Assembly: GCA_903859155.1 (NCBI GenBank)
Contig: CAIOLO010000049.1
Span: 4,609-68,608 of the forward strand
Origin: an uncultured beta proteobacterium
Lineage (GTDB): Bacteria > Pseudomonadota > Gammaproteobacteria > Burkholderiales > SG8-39
Reading direction: 5' to 3'
DNA length: 64,000 nt
Made by a program: the position numbers and the translations under genes. Each line of letters opens with the position of its first letter. Positions within the stretch are counted from its first letter, which is position 1. The notes under the pieces are model-generated. The model did not search any database. It was not told where the DNA came from and worked only from the letters and a program-made list of their open reading frames with translations. Shown here in pieces: positions 63,380 through 64,000 of this stretch.

Positions 63380-64000
63380 ATGGAAAAAGAAATTCTTGCA
63401 TTTGTACTCGCCGGGGGCGAAGGGACGCGGCTTTATCCGCTAACTGCTGAACACTCCAAACCGGCATTGCCTTTCTTGAATGGCTTCAGGCTTATCGATT
63501 TCGTGCTGAGCAATCTCACGCTCTCGCAAATCATGCCGATCTACGTGCTGGCGCAGTACAAACCGGACTCGCTGATCGAACATGTACACGACGCCTGGGG
63601 CGCCTGGTCGAAGGGTGGGGATGCACAAATTTCAGTGGTACTTTCGCAGGCTGCTCACAACAACGGATCGTTCAAGGGCACCGCCGACGCCGTGTATCAG
63701 AGTCTCGATCTCGTGAAGCGGCACCGGCCAGACCTCGTTGCGGTATTTGCCGCCGACCACGTGTACCGCATGGATGTCCGGCAGATGGTCCGCTTCCATG
63801 AGCAGTGTGACGCGGACTTCACGGTGGCGGCGGTCCGGGTTCCGCGCGAGCAAGCGTCCTCCTTCGGGGTCCTGGAGGCCAGTCCTACGGGCGAGTTGCT
63901 CAGATTCCAGGAAAAGCCGGAGTACGTCCCCCCGTTATCCGGGGATCCGGCGCAAACGTACGCCTCAATGGGGAATTACCTCTTCAGGCCCGATACGCTG
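63380..64000 (+). CDS. glgC: Glucose-1-phosphate adenylyltransferase, 5' partial (runs off the window end)
   Basis: Frame open to the end of the window: MEKEILAFVLAGGEGTRLYPLTAEHSKPALPFLNGFRLIDFVLSNL..YVLAQYKP.SL..H..GTADAV..FAADHVYRMD..F.EKP..ASMGNYLF. These are the canonical GlgC N-terminal motifs. It is absent from the ORF track because no stop falls within the window. Confidence 0.85.
   Translation, partial: MEKEILAFVLAGGEGTRLYPLTAEHSKPALPFLNGFRLIDFVLSNLTLSQIMPIYVLAQYKPDSLIEHVHDAWGAWSKGGDAQISVVLSQAAHNNGSFKGTADAVYQSLDLVKRHRPDLVAVFAADHVYRMDVRQMVRFHEQCDADFTVAAVRVPREQASSFGVLEASPTGELLRFQEKPEYVPPLSGDPAQTYASMGNYLFRPDTL

Noticed and set aside
1-64000. Search for transposases, integrases, phage genes, CRISPR-Cas, rRNA or tRNA genes.
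   Set aside because: None of the ORFs of 60 aa or more has DDE/tyrosine-recombinase-like or Cas-like motifs that I can recognise, and no clover-leaf-compatible or rRNA-like sequence was seen in the intergenic regions. This was a visual scan only, and a tRNAscan/Infernal run would be definitive.

Overview
High-GC window that looks betaproteobacterial, inferred only from the many Bug/TctC-family solute-binding paralogs. No rRNA, tRNA, CRISPR array, transposase or integrase was seen. Layout: (1) 0.2-8.7 kb, a glycan-modification cluster (sugar aminotransferase, formyltransferase, two methyltransferases, two GT4 and one CgeB-like glycosyltransferase, a flippase-like membrane protein). (2) 8.7-11.7 kb, a secreted TPR-CHAT protein. 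(3) 11.7-13.2 kb, an AT-rich scar holding a collapsed type I restriction hsdR remnant and a DUF433/DUF5615 toxin-antitoxin pair. (4) 13.2-27 kb, orphan Bug binding proteins mixed with aldolases and an amidohydrolase, then ppdK and an MFS transporter. (5) 27-51.4 kb, the main feature. A PilZ protein is transcribed divergently from a roughly 22.5 kb co-directional gene string: an unknown leader gene, a PfaD-like enoyl reductase, a PfaA-like KS-AT-3xACP-KR-DH, a PfaC-like KS-CLF-AT-DH-DH, a complete OleA-OleB-OleC-OleD head-to-head olefin set, and an Sfp-type PPTase. The genes from the PfaD-like gene onward abut or overlap. I read this as a self-contained pathway for a polyunsaturated long-chain hydrocarbon. 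(6) 52-57 kb, a tightly coupled TonB-dependent receptor / YfiR-like / hybrid histidine kinase trio. (7) 57-63 kb, a Dabb protein, an acyl-CoA synthetase and a duplicated cupin-Bug module. (8) A LuxR-HTH gene remnant and the 5' part of glgC running off the window end. All functional calls come from reading motifs in the translated ORFs. No database search was run.
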